A DNA stretch of 63,075 nt, counting the filler, from Octopus bimaculoides (lineage: Eukaryota), in the NCBI RefSeq assembly GCF_001194135.2. It is 3 parts of 3 records of this genome, joined end to end, with 100 filler letters (N's around TTAATTAATTAA, not from the genome) between each part and the next. Parts side by side here need not be neighbours in the genome. Positions count along the whole stretch, not along the records: positions 1 to 30,227 come from NC_068985.1; 2 more parts are not named here. One strand, 5' to 3'. Both the position numbers and the translations under genes were made by a program. Under the pieces are notes generated by a model. The model saw only the letters and a list, made by a program, of their open reading frames with translations, had not been told where the DNA came from and did no database searches. The stretch's first letter is position 1. Each line of letters starts with the position of its first letter. Shown here one piece after another: positions 1 through 11,760 of the stretch.

Positions 1-44
1 CACACACACACACAAACACAAACATGCATGCTACTAGACACATA

Positions 45-1185
45 CACTTCAAGGGCTATGCAGTTGTAATTCAAGAACAATTGAGATCACTCCCAAAATA
101 CCCAATAAACAAAAAGACGGTGTAGTGCTTGGAACCCCAAGATGCAACCGAAAATGTTGATTATGTCACATTCCTGTGGAAGACATCTTACATGTGATCA
201 GCAGCTTCCCAAAAATGTCTTCAAAGTATTACTTCCCAATGTGACATGAACTTATCGTAAAACAATATACAATGCCACCCCAAGATAATACAGTCCTGCG
301 ATAAATTTAGAGAATCCTCTCTATTATTGAGTACATTCCTTAATATCTGCACAAGGAGTATTGGTGGAACATTTCCATCAAAATTCCTACAGAGTGCAAA
401 CATAACGATCAATGGTAACCCATAATCCTACTCAGAAACTGGGATGCGTCCTGGTACTTGTACTATTCGGGAGCGCCAGCTCGAGCTGTTTGGTCATGTT
501 GTTTGATTTTCCGAGTTAGATTCTGCTTATCGTATTCTCTTCTCTTCACTGAGGATCCGGGTGGGTTCACGGCTCGTGTTGGTCGACCACATGCCACACG
601 GTCACGACAGATGAAGAGGTATCTTGCAGAGATGGGGATTGACTGGGACTCTGCTCGATTGATTACCCGGGAATATACCAACTAATGGTGAATGCAGCAA
701 CTTGCTACAACGGCGAATGCCCAAACAACTGACTTGACCTGCAAACATAAGAGGCCGAATAATATTGCTTGGTATAGTCAAGAAAATGTATGTAACATCA
801 AGGTCAGCTACCCTCCTGATGTGAATATCTCTTCGGTAATCAAAGAGTAAGCGGATAAATGTGGGCAATTGCTTCGAAATCTTCAGCTTCTATATCTAAA
901 TTATAACATTCATACCAATTCATTGGTGCGTTTGGTTTTAAGAGTGAATGCCTAAATGATAATTTGGATAAGCTGTAACTTTCAGAAAAAGAAATCAATC
1001 TACCAACATGCACATTACAAACACATGTAAAAATATGTAAAACTTTTATCAAGTTCAAAATGTGAATTTGTTTTTGTTATCTACATTCCAATGAGAGAAC
1101 TTTGTATTTTTGTTAGAAATAGTACTTTCCTCAGATGAAGACACAAAATAACAAAAATGGAAGAGAACGTACATACATACATGCA
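45..1185 (+). mobile_element. R4/Dong-like RLE non-LTR retrotransposon, decayed 3' part, interrupted by an RTE insertion
   Basis: Frameshifted translation gives a CCHC-knuckle region (..EDILHVISS.PKMSSKYYLP), then EYWWNISIK..CKH / KHKRPN..VSYPPDVN..LLRNLQLLY..VKICKTFIKFKM*. The 3' UTR ends in (ACAT)n at about 1170-1180. Same family as 26711-27224. Confidence 0.75.
406..739 (+). mobile_element. 5'-truncated RTE-type LINE 3' end with an 11-bp TSD
   Basis: TIRERQLELFGHV..EDPGGFTARVGRPHATRSRQMKRYLAEMG is a typical RTE C-terminus. TGCAAACATAA flanks it at 395-405 and 740-750. Confidence 0.8.
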
Positions 1186-1422
1186 CACACACACACACAC
1201 ACACACACATACATACATACATACATACATACATACATACGTATATACATACATACATTCATAGATACATACATACACACACACGCACACACATATACAT
1301 ACATGTGTGTGTGTGTGTGTGTGTGTAAAAATTTATGCGTGTGCATGTGTAATATATATGTACACATATGCACACACAAACACATATGTATGCATGTGTA
1401 TGTATATTGTATATGTATATAT

Positions 1423-2040
1423 GCGTTGGGTAGGCCATGTTGACGTATGAACGATAATGGGATTTCGAAGCAGCTGTTTTTACAAACCACAAAAGTGTCT
1501 TCAACACAAACCACAAAAAGGCTGAAAAACTGCATAAAAGGCAACTTGACAGAATAGCAAATCAAAGTAAACGACGGGAAGAACTAAGTTTGGTAAGAGC
1601 TGAGTGGAAGAAGCCTGTAAGGGAAGGCTGTAAAATTTTTGAAGCGGGTCGCCTTGAGCCCGAAAACCTGAAGCGCTGATTTCGTTGGAGCTGCAATCAG
1701 AAACTCAATGAGAGCAAAGTTTTGGAGGAGTGAAATATGTAGCCATGTCCTCCTTTCCAAGACTAGGTATGTTAACCATCTGAAGTCTCATGAAAGACCA
1801 ACTGTGTGCAACGTCCTTCCTCTTAGACAGAGTGATTCGATGTGTGCAGTGTGTGAAAGAGCTTACAAGTCGATTTCGGATTTGAGGAGACTTATGACGG
1901 TTCACAGGGATCATACTTCACAAAGTGCCCTGCAGCGGGACTTAAGAGGGAACGTCAAAAATATCATTGACAACGAGGAATCTCAGTGGCGGCAATCATC
2001 TGTGAAGATAGAGCAATCACTATATATGGGTATGACTTAA
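1423..2040 (+). mobile_element. RTE-clade LINE 3' fragment with C-terminal C2H2-like zinc fingers
   Basis: RWVGHV.RMNDNGISKQLF..KRLKNCIK..EWKKPVREGCKIFE is followed by ICSHVLLSKTRYVNHLKSH and CAVCERAYKSISDLRRLMTVH. Confidence 0.7.
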
Positions 2041-2439
2041 ACTGCATCTAGTTGTGGGACCCTCGCATAGAAGTTCCAGGATTTTAAAGACTGTGGAACC
2101 ACCTCTTAGCCACTATTATTTCCAGGTCTACTATGACCCGGAGTAGTAGCGGGCATGTATTTTAAAAAATTCTTGGTAGAATTTAAATATAGACACCCGG
2201 GCACATCTTAAACTTAAACCATTCCGACCTGATTGACACTTTTGTTGTAACGTTGGTTATCTTCCCTGCATTTTTCTGTCTGCTTCTTTCTGTTTTCTTC
2301 CTTATGAGCATTCCCTGTTCAAACGCCATCTGTTTTGAATGCAGCTGACAACCGGTATTGTTCTTATCGGCTCGAAAAATGGCGAAATAAGTTACAGTTT
2401 CGACCAGAAACCCCTTGGTATCTGTACTTCACAAGACTT

Positions 2440-2934
2440 GCAGCTGTGAAGAGAAATCGTCGAATCACCATCCGTAAGTTATCAGAGGATGTGCAGATTA
2501 ATTACGGTTCAGTTCAGTCCATTATCACTGAAGATTTGAGTATGAGACGCTTGTCTGCCAATTTTGTGCCGATACTGCTTTCAGCTGACCAAAAAGACAC
2601 TCGGGTTTCAGTTGCACAGGATCTCCTTGATTGTGTCGAAAACGATAAAAACCTTTCGAAAATTGCGTAGGCCTCTAAGCAGGTATCGCCAAGCTTGTGG
2701 CAAAATTTGAAGCAAATTCTCTGCTCAACTTTCTCTGTCATGGTCAATGTGACGATCACACGCTACACACCTTCCTTCGAAGCATTGCTGTAAACAGTGG
2801 AAGTGTCCTAGAACGGTAAAACTTAGCGCGCATGCACAGCAGAGTTCAAGGTCAGTCTGTGCCAAGCAGCTTTACTTTGCATGCTTTAGCTTCGTTATTA
2901 TAGCAACAGTCCCGATACTTATTGATCAGACCTA

Positions 2935-2938
<4 letters not shown>
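2440..2938. mobile_element. Rearranged mariner (Tc1/mariner) fossil
   Basis: The minus strand carries the 5' TIR (AGGTCTGATCAATAAGTATCGGGACT) and MTEKVEQRICFKFCHKLGDTCLEAYA. The plus strand 2440-2667 carries NRRITIRKLSEDV..MRRLSANFVPILLS. Confidence 0.85.
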
Positions 2939-2962
<24 letters not shown>

Positions 2963-2971
<9 letters not shown>

Positions 2972-3183
2972 AGACTTTGGAAGCGTCGAATATGTTTGGT
3001 ATTTAACAGACAAGAAGGTAAATTTCAAACGCAGTATAGCTGTGAAAACAGCAGAAAGGTTGGGTATTTATAAGGGTAAAATACCCAATCTTTCTGCAGT
3101 TTTCACGGCGATACTGCGTTCTAAATATTACTTTCTTGTCTGTAAAATACCAAACCCATTCGACGCTACAAAAGTTTGCTTAT
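2963..3183. mobile_element. Foldback (near-palindromic) MITE-like element
   Basis: The arm at about 2963-3069 is the reverse complement of 3079-3183 with scattered mismatches and a 9-nt loop. It is flanked by TA-rich sequence. Confidence 0.8.
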
Positions 3184-3249
3184 AAAATGTTGTCGCATTT
3201 CAAAAGCTATTATTAGTTAGCGTTAAAATTGATGGTAATTGTTGTCAGT

Positions 3250-3322
3250 GGGCCGTTTAACTTGATGATAAAGTACTCAGCCGGTATCTGAGGTGTACGG
3301 GATCGAGTCCCGTAGTTGCTTT
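3250..3322 (+). other. tRNA-like head (degenerate SINE head or tRNA pseudogene)
   Basis: GGGCCGTTTAACTTGATG...GGGATCGAGTCCCG resembles A and B boxes. No clean cloverleaf was verified. Confidence 0.3.
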
Positions 3323-3609
3323 GAACTTACAAACTTTTGCATTAGAAAACAACACCTTTTTTTTTTACTTTTTTCATTGTGTGTATGTGTGTGTGTGTAT
3401 CCACGACTCTTCAAGCATATAAAACGGTGTACCTATGTAGTTTCTGAATTTGCTAGAAATAACTAGATGTCCCTCAACTGATATCTTACTGCCTTAAACA
3501 AAAGGTGCACAGTGGATACTGTAATCCATGATACACCATGTCAGATGGGATAGCTCGAGTTGGAATATCTTCGATTTGCTTATTCAAGATCAAATCGATA
3601 TACCCGTGT

Positions 3610-3870
3610 GTGCGAGTGTGTGTATTTGTATGTGTATGTGTGAGAGAGAGAGAGGGGAAGAGAAGGTGAGAAGAGAGAGATAAAGGGAGAAAGAGACAGA
3701 CAAAGAGAAAGAGAGAGAGAGAGAGAGGAGAGAGAGAGGGAGAGAAAGAGAGAAGAGAGGGATAAAGGGAGAAAGAGACAGACAAAGAGAAAGAATGAGA
3801 GAGAGGAGAGAGAGAAATACAGAGAAAGATAGAATGAGAAAGAGAGTCAGAGAGTAGGTGATAACAATGC
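3610..3870. repeat. Compound (GT)/(GA) microsatellite tract
   Basis: Seen directly in the sequence. Confidence 0.9.
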
Positions 3871-4233
3871 GTCAATATATATTTTAAGCAGACTGACATT
3901 TTTAGTTCGAGGAAACAGAAAGCCGAGATACACGTGTCATTTTGAGGGACACTAGGGAGATGAATGAAGTAAAATTATTGCAACTGGCTCAGGAAATCAG
4001 ATGATATGCGGGGATGACAGTTCACCTCTGCTCTGTGTTACTTGCTACAACTATTTTATTCTGTATTTTGTATAATTCAATAATGACTTATAAAATGAGC
4101 ATAGGATTACATGTCATTGGCGTGGTTCAATAAAACATTCCCAGTATTTGACTGGTATTTTATTGAAGCTGTTCTCATTCAAAAGATAAAGATATTCCAC
4201 AAAATATTGTGAGTCATTTAGTTTGAATACAAA

Positions 4234-4279
<46 letters not shown>

Positions 4280-5897
4280 TGGGGAAGGGGAAAGTACAAG
4301 AGAAGAAGAGGGGAGAGAAAGAAGAGAGGAAAAGGAGATGGAGGGATAGAGGGGGAAAGTTTTACATTATGTGTTCAACTGCGTTTATCGATTTTCTGTT
4401 TGAGTTTTCATACAAACCTCGATGATAACCTTGATAATTTCCATGATCCTGCATGTGGTCGTTCACAGTTTTAGAAATTGTTCCCAAATCCCCCTCGGTT
4501 CATACCCTATCCTTCCGTTTTATTTACACATTAGATGTCGTAGTACTAGATATAGAAAAAGACGGGATTTTCACGGATGAGACGTCTTTAATTCTTGCCG
4601 ACCTGGGGTTGGGGTTAAACGACAACAATGAACAAGTTATATTAATATCTCAATTAAACAACACATGATTCGACTGGCAGCCAAAGAATTTCAACAACTT
4701 TCAATACTTGGGAAGAACATATTTAGGTTGACAGCTACTGCTACTGGTGCTATGTCAGAGCCAGTTCCTTCCTAGTCGTGATACCAACATGTCGACACTC
4801 CTAATAAAGATTGTATTTTGTAATATTACACTTTTACACCGTTGAACTAACGAGAGATAGTAAAGAGGTTCCAAAGTTTAAAGTATCGGGTTTCATACCA
4901 AGCTTTATTGGAATGGTACACATATGTCAAACAGATTTCTTCACACCGTACTCATTCAATAGTGAAAGAATCGGGATTGCGGAATTAGGGGGAAAACTTC
5001 TTTCACTATACCTCCATCACTATTGCGCGCTCGGGTACTCCAGTATTAATGTATGTATTGGGTGGTCGACTTGAGCATTCACCCGGTTTAACACAACCAC
5101 GGGACATTGTGTGTCCCTTCAGCGTTCAAAACTAAGTCTCCGACTTGATGCTGTCTTCCTTCCTTCCTTCCTCACCAGTATCACGAAGGCTCTACAAAAG
5201 GTCATAGGCATACCTCTCCCTTCCGACTAGAAAACTGTGTGTGTGTGTGTGTGCGCGCGCGCACGTATGTCTGTGTGTATGTATGTATGTATGTATGTAT
5301 GTATGTCATTATTCAGCTTTATTTCAAGATTTCTTGCTAATAGAGAAAGAGTCAGTTTCTGACCTAGATCCAAGGCTCCCTCATTAGAGTTTTAACAACA
5401 TTAACAGGGTACTTTTGTATGTATGTATGTATTTGTGCAACTTCGTACGTTTTATTTTATGTATGTATTCTCATGCATATAGTTACATATCTAGACATGC
5501 TCATATATACTTAAATGATAAACTTCTGAAAAGTTTTACTAATTTTTACAGTTCCAGTGATCGATTGGATCTGTAGTCTTCAAATCAGCTTTCTTTTTCC
5601 TGGTTTTGAGAAGCCTAATTTCTCAAGATTGGTATTTAGGTAGTGTAAATACCAAGTGCACCTCTAGTTACAGGTATGTATGTAGGTATATATGTATGAA
5701 AACGCACACCCGCAAACACTTACCCACTTACACAAACATGCATAGTTATATAGATGGTCAGTTTGCTAAACACCTGATAGGCTATATAACCCCACCCTCC
5801 CCTCCTCACGCTAATCGCTGTATGCCATTATTAACCAGTTCCATCAACTTTTACCAAACAACACAAAATATTACAGCTGACCAAATATCAAAATGAA

Positions 5898-5967
<70 letters not shown>

Positions 5968-6271
5968 NNNNNNNNNNNNNNNNNNNNNNNNNNNNNNNNN
6001 NNNNNNNNNNNNNNNNNNNNNNNNNNNNNNNNNNNNNNNNNNNNNNNNNNNNNNNNNNNNNNNNNNNNNNNNNNNNNNNNNNNNNNNNNNNNNNNNNNNN
6101 NNNNNNNNNNNNNNNNNNNNNNNNNNNNNNNNNNNNNNNNNNNNNNNNNNNNNNNNNNNNNNNNNNNNNNNNNNNNNNNNNNNNNNNNNNNNNNNNNNNN
6201 NNNNNNNNNNNNNNNNNNNNNNNNNATATATATATATATATGTATGTATGTGTGTGTGTGTGTGTGTGTGT

Positions 6272-6303
<32 letters not shown>

Positions 6304-7046
6304 AGGTAATGTTGTAATGTAGAGCACACCTTTATACAACTCGGTAACTTTTTACTTTCTTTTTAATTGAAGTATTTGGTAAAGGGGTGGGGGTTAAATG
6401 GTATTTCTCATACTTTAGATGATATTCTTGGCACCGGTTTTGCTGAATATGGTTACAACAGGTTTCGTATGGGCTGGAAGTTGTTATTATCATTAGAGGG
6501 ATCATTAACTCACGCTGGAGCAGCCGCGGCGGCAGCAAATAAGTTAATGAACATAGATACTTAAAAAATAAAGCTCCAAGCTATATCAAAGGCACAAAAC
6601 TTATGATAAGAGGAGTGTGCGATGTATTAAGCTTTAGAGTTCAGTATTTTTCTGTTGCTTAAAGTACGTTTAAAAAAATAACTAGAATACTAGACTCAGA
6701 TTTGTTACTATTTAAACAGTATTAGAATGAGAAGAATAACGGAACAACCACAAAACCGTTAAAAAAGAAACAAGGCAGGAGAACTTATTTTAAAACAAAT
6801 ACTGGAAAGCTGAATCAGTCATACTCGGGTGGACCATGATCAAAGGTGTTCTGGCTATGGGCATTTTCCGTCGTTGTGTATTAAGAGGTATAACGAGTAG
6901 ACGATAATATTGAATTAGAGGGAATTTTAGCGGCTATTTTGTAGCAGACAGAATGACCATGTAGATGCTTCCCCGTTAATTGAAATGATAATTCTCTATA
7001 TTTAATAGCTGTAACTCACTGGGAAGGACTTTTCTTAGAGAAGAGA

Positions 7047-7087
<41 letters not shown>

Positions 7088-7199
7088 CACACTCACGCAC
7101 ACACAAACACACAACTATATATGTAACTGTTTATATGTGCATCTGTATATAGACAACACACTTTCCGAATTTCGTAATTTCAAAATCTCCTGATCTCAC

Positions 7200-7500
7200 T
7201 TAGGCACAGCAAATCTATTCCACCTGAACTATTTTCTTCTGTGTAAGTGACATTCGTACAGTATGTAACAGGCCGCAATATGTCTAGCATTGAAGTAGAG
7301 ATTCTGAAAAGCCGGTCATGAAACATTTAACTATATAGTACCTCACTAAAGGCTACGTCTGAGATGTTCTGGCATGATAAGAATTCTCAATGATTTTATA
7401 ACCAGTTCTGTTAGAGAAAGAAACTGTAATTGAAAAAGCATTCTTTATCCAGCATTAATTTTTCTCGCAAAATCCCGACAAATCATAAGGTGATAGTATT
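7200..7500 (-). mobile_element. Highly decayed CR1/L2-group LINE fragment
   Basis: The minus strand reads IVKCF..LLQ.xTY(V)RPV.YCTNV with a frameshift, resembling the post-RT YxTxVRPxLEYCxxVW motif. Confidence 0.4.
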
Positions 7501-7619
7501 CTGAATATTACCCTCTCAGAAACAGCTCCACTCCCGAATGCTAAACTTCTGTGCTTTTTGGGTGTACATCGAGCCCTACAGCAAACTAGTGGGGTTCGGA
7601 CTTATCTGAGCTTTTCAGT

Positions 7620-7790
7620 CTGACAGTGCAAGATTTCTCCCGAACGGGCCAACGATTCGTCAGAGGTTTAACCCTAAGGTACCACTGGTGGTCATTTTCA
7701 GTTGACTAGTGAAGCAATGTAAAATGAAATATTTTGCTCAAGAACGCAACAAGTCACCTGATTTGATAATCGAACCTACATCATGAAAGA
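7620..7790 (-). mobile_element. tRNA-derived SINE fragment
   Basis: The minus strand has a GGTTCGATT B-box followed by the TTCTTGAGCAAAA SINE body motif. Confidence 0.55.
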
Positions 7791-7917
7791 GAAATTTCTT
7801 GAATCAATATCTGGATTAGCTAATATCGATTTGCAAACAAAAGGGAGCCAACTGAGAGAGGAATTGGGGAGAAATTCAAATGACACCAGAAATCTTCGGT
7901 AGGACACGATTTGTTAA

Positions 7918-7993
<76 letters not shown>

Positions 7994-8014
7994 TATGAAT
8001 GTACTGTCTGTGTG

Positions 8015-8223
8015 TATGAGAGAGTGCTGAAAAATACAAGGCTTTAAGGCCTGGTCGAAGGCCCGACCTTCCGAGTTCTTTTACAGTCGCTTAGAAAGAC
8101 TAAAGGACTGCTGCAATAAGTGTTTGTAACTGAGAAAGGAATATGTTGAATAAAATCATAATTAACTGATCCTCTTGTATTTTCTTTTACCCAAAACCAG
8201 GAACTTTTCAGCACCCCCTCGTA
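8015..8223. mobile_element. mariner-derived MITE (deletion derivative)
   Basis: TA-flanked TIRs (TATGAGAGAGTGCTGAAAA and the reverse complement TACGAGGGGGTGCTGAAAAG) enclose the transposase C-terminus ..NKCL.LRKEYVE*. Confidence 0.8.
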
Positions 8224-8423
8224 TGTGTGTGTGTGTGTTTGTGTGTCTGTCAGTACCTATACCTGTGTGTATGTCTGTATGTGTGTGTGTATGTGTGTGT
8301 GTGTGTATGTGTGTGTGCTTGTGTGTGCGTGCGTGTGTATGCGTGTGTGTGTGTGTGTGTGTGAGCGAGTGAGAGGAAGAGAGAGAGAAAGAAAGAGAGT
8401 AAGAGAGAGAAAGAAAGAGAGTA

Positions 8424-8454
<31 letters not shown>

Positions 8455-10559
8455 TAGAGAGAGAAAGAGAAAGAGAGAAAGAGAGAGAGAGAATGGGTGA
8501 GTGAGCGGATTTACTAAACGTGTCAGTCAGAATGACGTTAGTTTTTCGCGCCAAATATTAAACGGAACGCCTTTTTCATTGAGCCACGCTATTTCCACGT
8601 TTTACTCGTACATCTAAACGTAACTAACGTAATACGAGACGCCTTAACGTGCACTGGCTAACGTTGTTGCTGTTGTTGTTGCTGATGGTGGTGGTGATGG
8701 CTTGGTTTGTAAACAGTCGGCTGTTTAACTGCACGCATGACTGTATAGGTGTGAGGATAATGTGGGATGGAGCAGTATTTCCTACGTTCTCTGTTATATG
8801 TCAAGGTGGCCAACGTTACACGAGGTAGTTATAGAGACATTCACGGCATCTTCAACGTGTACCGAATAACACTGTTGTTGTTGTTTAACCCTAGCATCAG
8901 GCCTGTTAGAACAGACCTATGATGAATGATATTCTACTCGGGACAATCCCGTCCCCTTCCTCTGTGCTGGTAACCCAGGATCCCATTATTTAACATCTTT
9001 TCAAAACNNNNNNNNNNNNNNNNNNNNNNNNNNNNNNNNNNNNNNNNNNNNNNNNNNNNNNNNNNNNNNNNNNNNNNNNNNNNNNNNNNNNNNNNNNNNN
9101 NNNNNNNNNNNNNNNNNNNNNNNNNNNNNNNNNNNNNNNNNNNNNNNNNNNNNNNNNNNNNNNNNNNNNNNNNNNNNNNNNNNNNNNNNNNNNNNNNNNN
9201 NNNNNNNNNNNNNNNNNNNNNNNNNNNNNNNNNNNNNNNNNNNNNNNNNNNNNNNNNNNNNNNNNNNNNNNNNNNNNNNNNNNNNNNNNNNNNNNNNNNN
9301 NNNNNNNNNNNNNNNNNNNNNNNNNNNNNNNNNNTGGTGGTGGTGGTGGTGGGGCAGCAGTAGCGGCGCTGGCGACGTAGGTGATGGCGGTGGTTTTGAT
9401 AGTGGTGGTGGTCGTAGTAGTGGTGGTGGGAATGGTGATAGTGGTGATTGTGATGGTGGGGGTAGTTGTGGTTGTGGCTGTGGATGTGGCTGAGGAGATT
9501 GTGGTGATGGTGGTAGTAGTGGTGATGGTGGAGGTAGTGGTGGTGATGGTAGTGGTAGTGATGGTGGTGGTAGTGATAGTTGTAGTTAGGGCTGTAGTGG
9601 TAGCGTTGGTGGTGTGGCTCTGCTGAAGATAGCAACTTCGCTAACAGCAGCAGTAGTAGAGATAATCAGAGTAATAAAACAGTTTATTAATGCAATTTCA
9701 GTGTAGTAATAACAGGAGCAGTGCGTGCAGACATAGAGCCTCTTCAGGAACAATCCCATTTCCATTAGTTAGAGGGATCACTATTTGTGTCCTTATAAGA
9801 AGAGAGATTAATGAGAAGAAAGAAGAAAATGGTCCTTGAATTCAAAACTAACTTCATTAGTGTTGTACACGTTTGTAAAACCTGAAGCTGATAAAATATA
9901 CCAGACAAAAGACAGTGAAGACAAGAACAACAAAGACGAGGTTGATAGAAAATTTACTACTAACACTGATAATATTCACCATAATTAATTTACCCTTTAT
10001 CGTGAAAGAAAGTAGAACTGTAGGTTAGTTTAAATACTATCCTGCAACATTTAATCTTGTATTCTTCGTTCTAATTCCACATATCACCTTCCATCTTTCC
10101 GCTGTCGACAAAATAAATATTCTAAGAAAGTAAAACATTACAGAGAAAGCAGAGATAATTTTCTTAATTCATACTTGATTTACTACTGTCTCCACACTCT
10201 ATTCAGGGTCAAACATAATGGGGGTCTACTTCTCGTTCTGATCCGTTCAATAAAACATCATTAACATAGAGATTGACTAAATTGATTATTTATGGAACTA
10301 GGAATCACCATGAGAAATTTCAGAGTTTTTGAGAGTTAGTGCCAATGAAAAAGAGATGAACATCACACAATCTAATTTCTCTTCCACGTGTACCGTACAG
10401 CCCTAAAACTATCATGCCTTCCAAACTGAAACCGATCCTTTTTATTCTTTGTCAAAAAGATTTCCACTAAATTTGCAAAATCCTCTTTCTCTTCACTTGA
10501 TGGTTCTGTGAGTAGTACACCGCAGAGTAATCCTCCTTCTTCGCCGCCCACTTCGCAGC

Positions 10560-11760
10560 CAACTATACACTATATACACTTGGTAAAACTCCAAAGCTAG
10601 TTTCCCTTTCCACACTTCCAGGTCCACAACAATTCACACGCCAAATGCTAAAAGTACCTTCAGAGACAGCTATTAACGACAACCTCCAGCACCTTGAATG
10701 TCACTCACTCTTTAAATGCCTCAAATATGGTTTCTGTAAAGCCAGAAACATTGGTAACCAACTTTCGTACACTCCTTATCTCGTCTTGAAGGAATTTGGT
10801 GGAAGTAATGTTGTCACTGTCTTTTATATCAACGAAATTTTTGACTGTGTCTGGCATGCCAGTTTCTTATCGAAGCTTCCTTCCTGCCCGTAGGCTCTAC
10901 TTGATTCTCATTTCTTGGATCAGTAGCTTCCTATTAGATTCCTCTATTCTACTATTGTTGCATGTGTTGACGGAGATATCAGTTCTTGGCATGCTCCAAG
11001 GTTTGGTTTTATTCCCGTTTCCTTCCTTCTGTACACCAATGATTTCCTGTTACGTACAATAAATTTCCACTCTTCTGCCGATGACACTACTCTTCATTTC
11101 CGCCTAATCTTTCCCACCCACGCACCATTCAATCACAATCTTGACATCATGAAAAAGACCTCAAAAGTATCTTCTATTGACGATATGCCAATCTTGTCTC
11201 TGACAACAGCCAAACATAAACCCTACTGATTTTATTAAAAAAAAAAAAAAATACAACCCCATAACCATGACCTGCACTCAAATATAGCCATCAAAATCAC
11301 TGAAATGTTGGACCTCCCTGTCAATGAAAATAACTCTCAGCAAAACCCATTATTAACATAGCTAGGACTACATCTCAACGACTGACCTTTCTCTTCGGGG
11401 TCAGAAGACACTTCACCCCCAACAAAGTTCAGTTGTGGTCCACAATGAAATATTGTACTCACATATAGGATGATGTTGTTTTAATCTATACTGATATCCT
11501 AGACCTCATCCAGAAATGTGCCACGTAACTGACTGATATCAAGTTACTCACATACACACTCTACTCTCTTACTCTCAGGTACACTGTCTTTTCTCTCTGC
11601 CTCTTCTGCTAATGTTCCTCGGAGCTGGCTGAGCATAAGCCTCCCCCGCTCCACTCAGATATTCCAGTCCCAATTGTTTCTCCTCCACTCAACTCCCCCA
11701 GACCTTTCACTAATCACTAATCACTTCATTTCCAAGAACGTCAGCCCTTCGTTCACAAAG
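10560..11760 (+). mobile_element. Decayed CR1/L2-group LINE, RT and 3' region
   Basis: KYGFCKAR..IFDCVWHASFLSKLPS..WISSFL..VDG..QGLVLFP..LLYTNDF..SADDTTL, then LFGVRRHFTP..TMKYCTHI..LDLIQK. Confidence 0.75.

Noticed and set aside
1055-1565. ORFs of the MYVC/THTH type here and throughout the window
   Set aside because: These are translations of (CA)n, (TACA)n and (TA)n microsatellites.
9335-9700. His-rich or Val/Gly-rich ORFs (also at 34.7-35.2, 39.1-39.4 and 40.4-40.6 kb)
   Set aside because: Degenerate GGT/GAT/AGT triplet tracts with no splice support and open frames on both strands.
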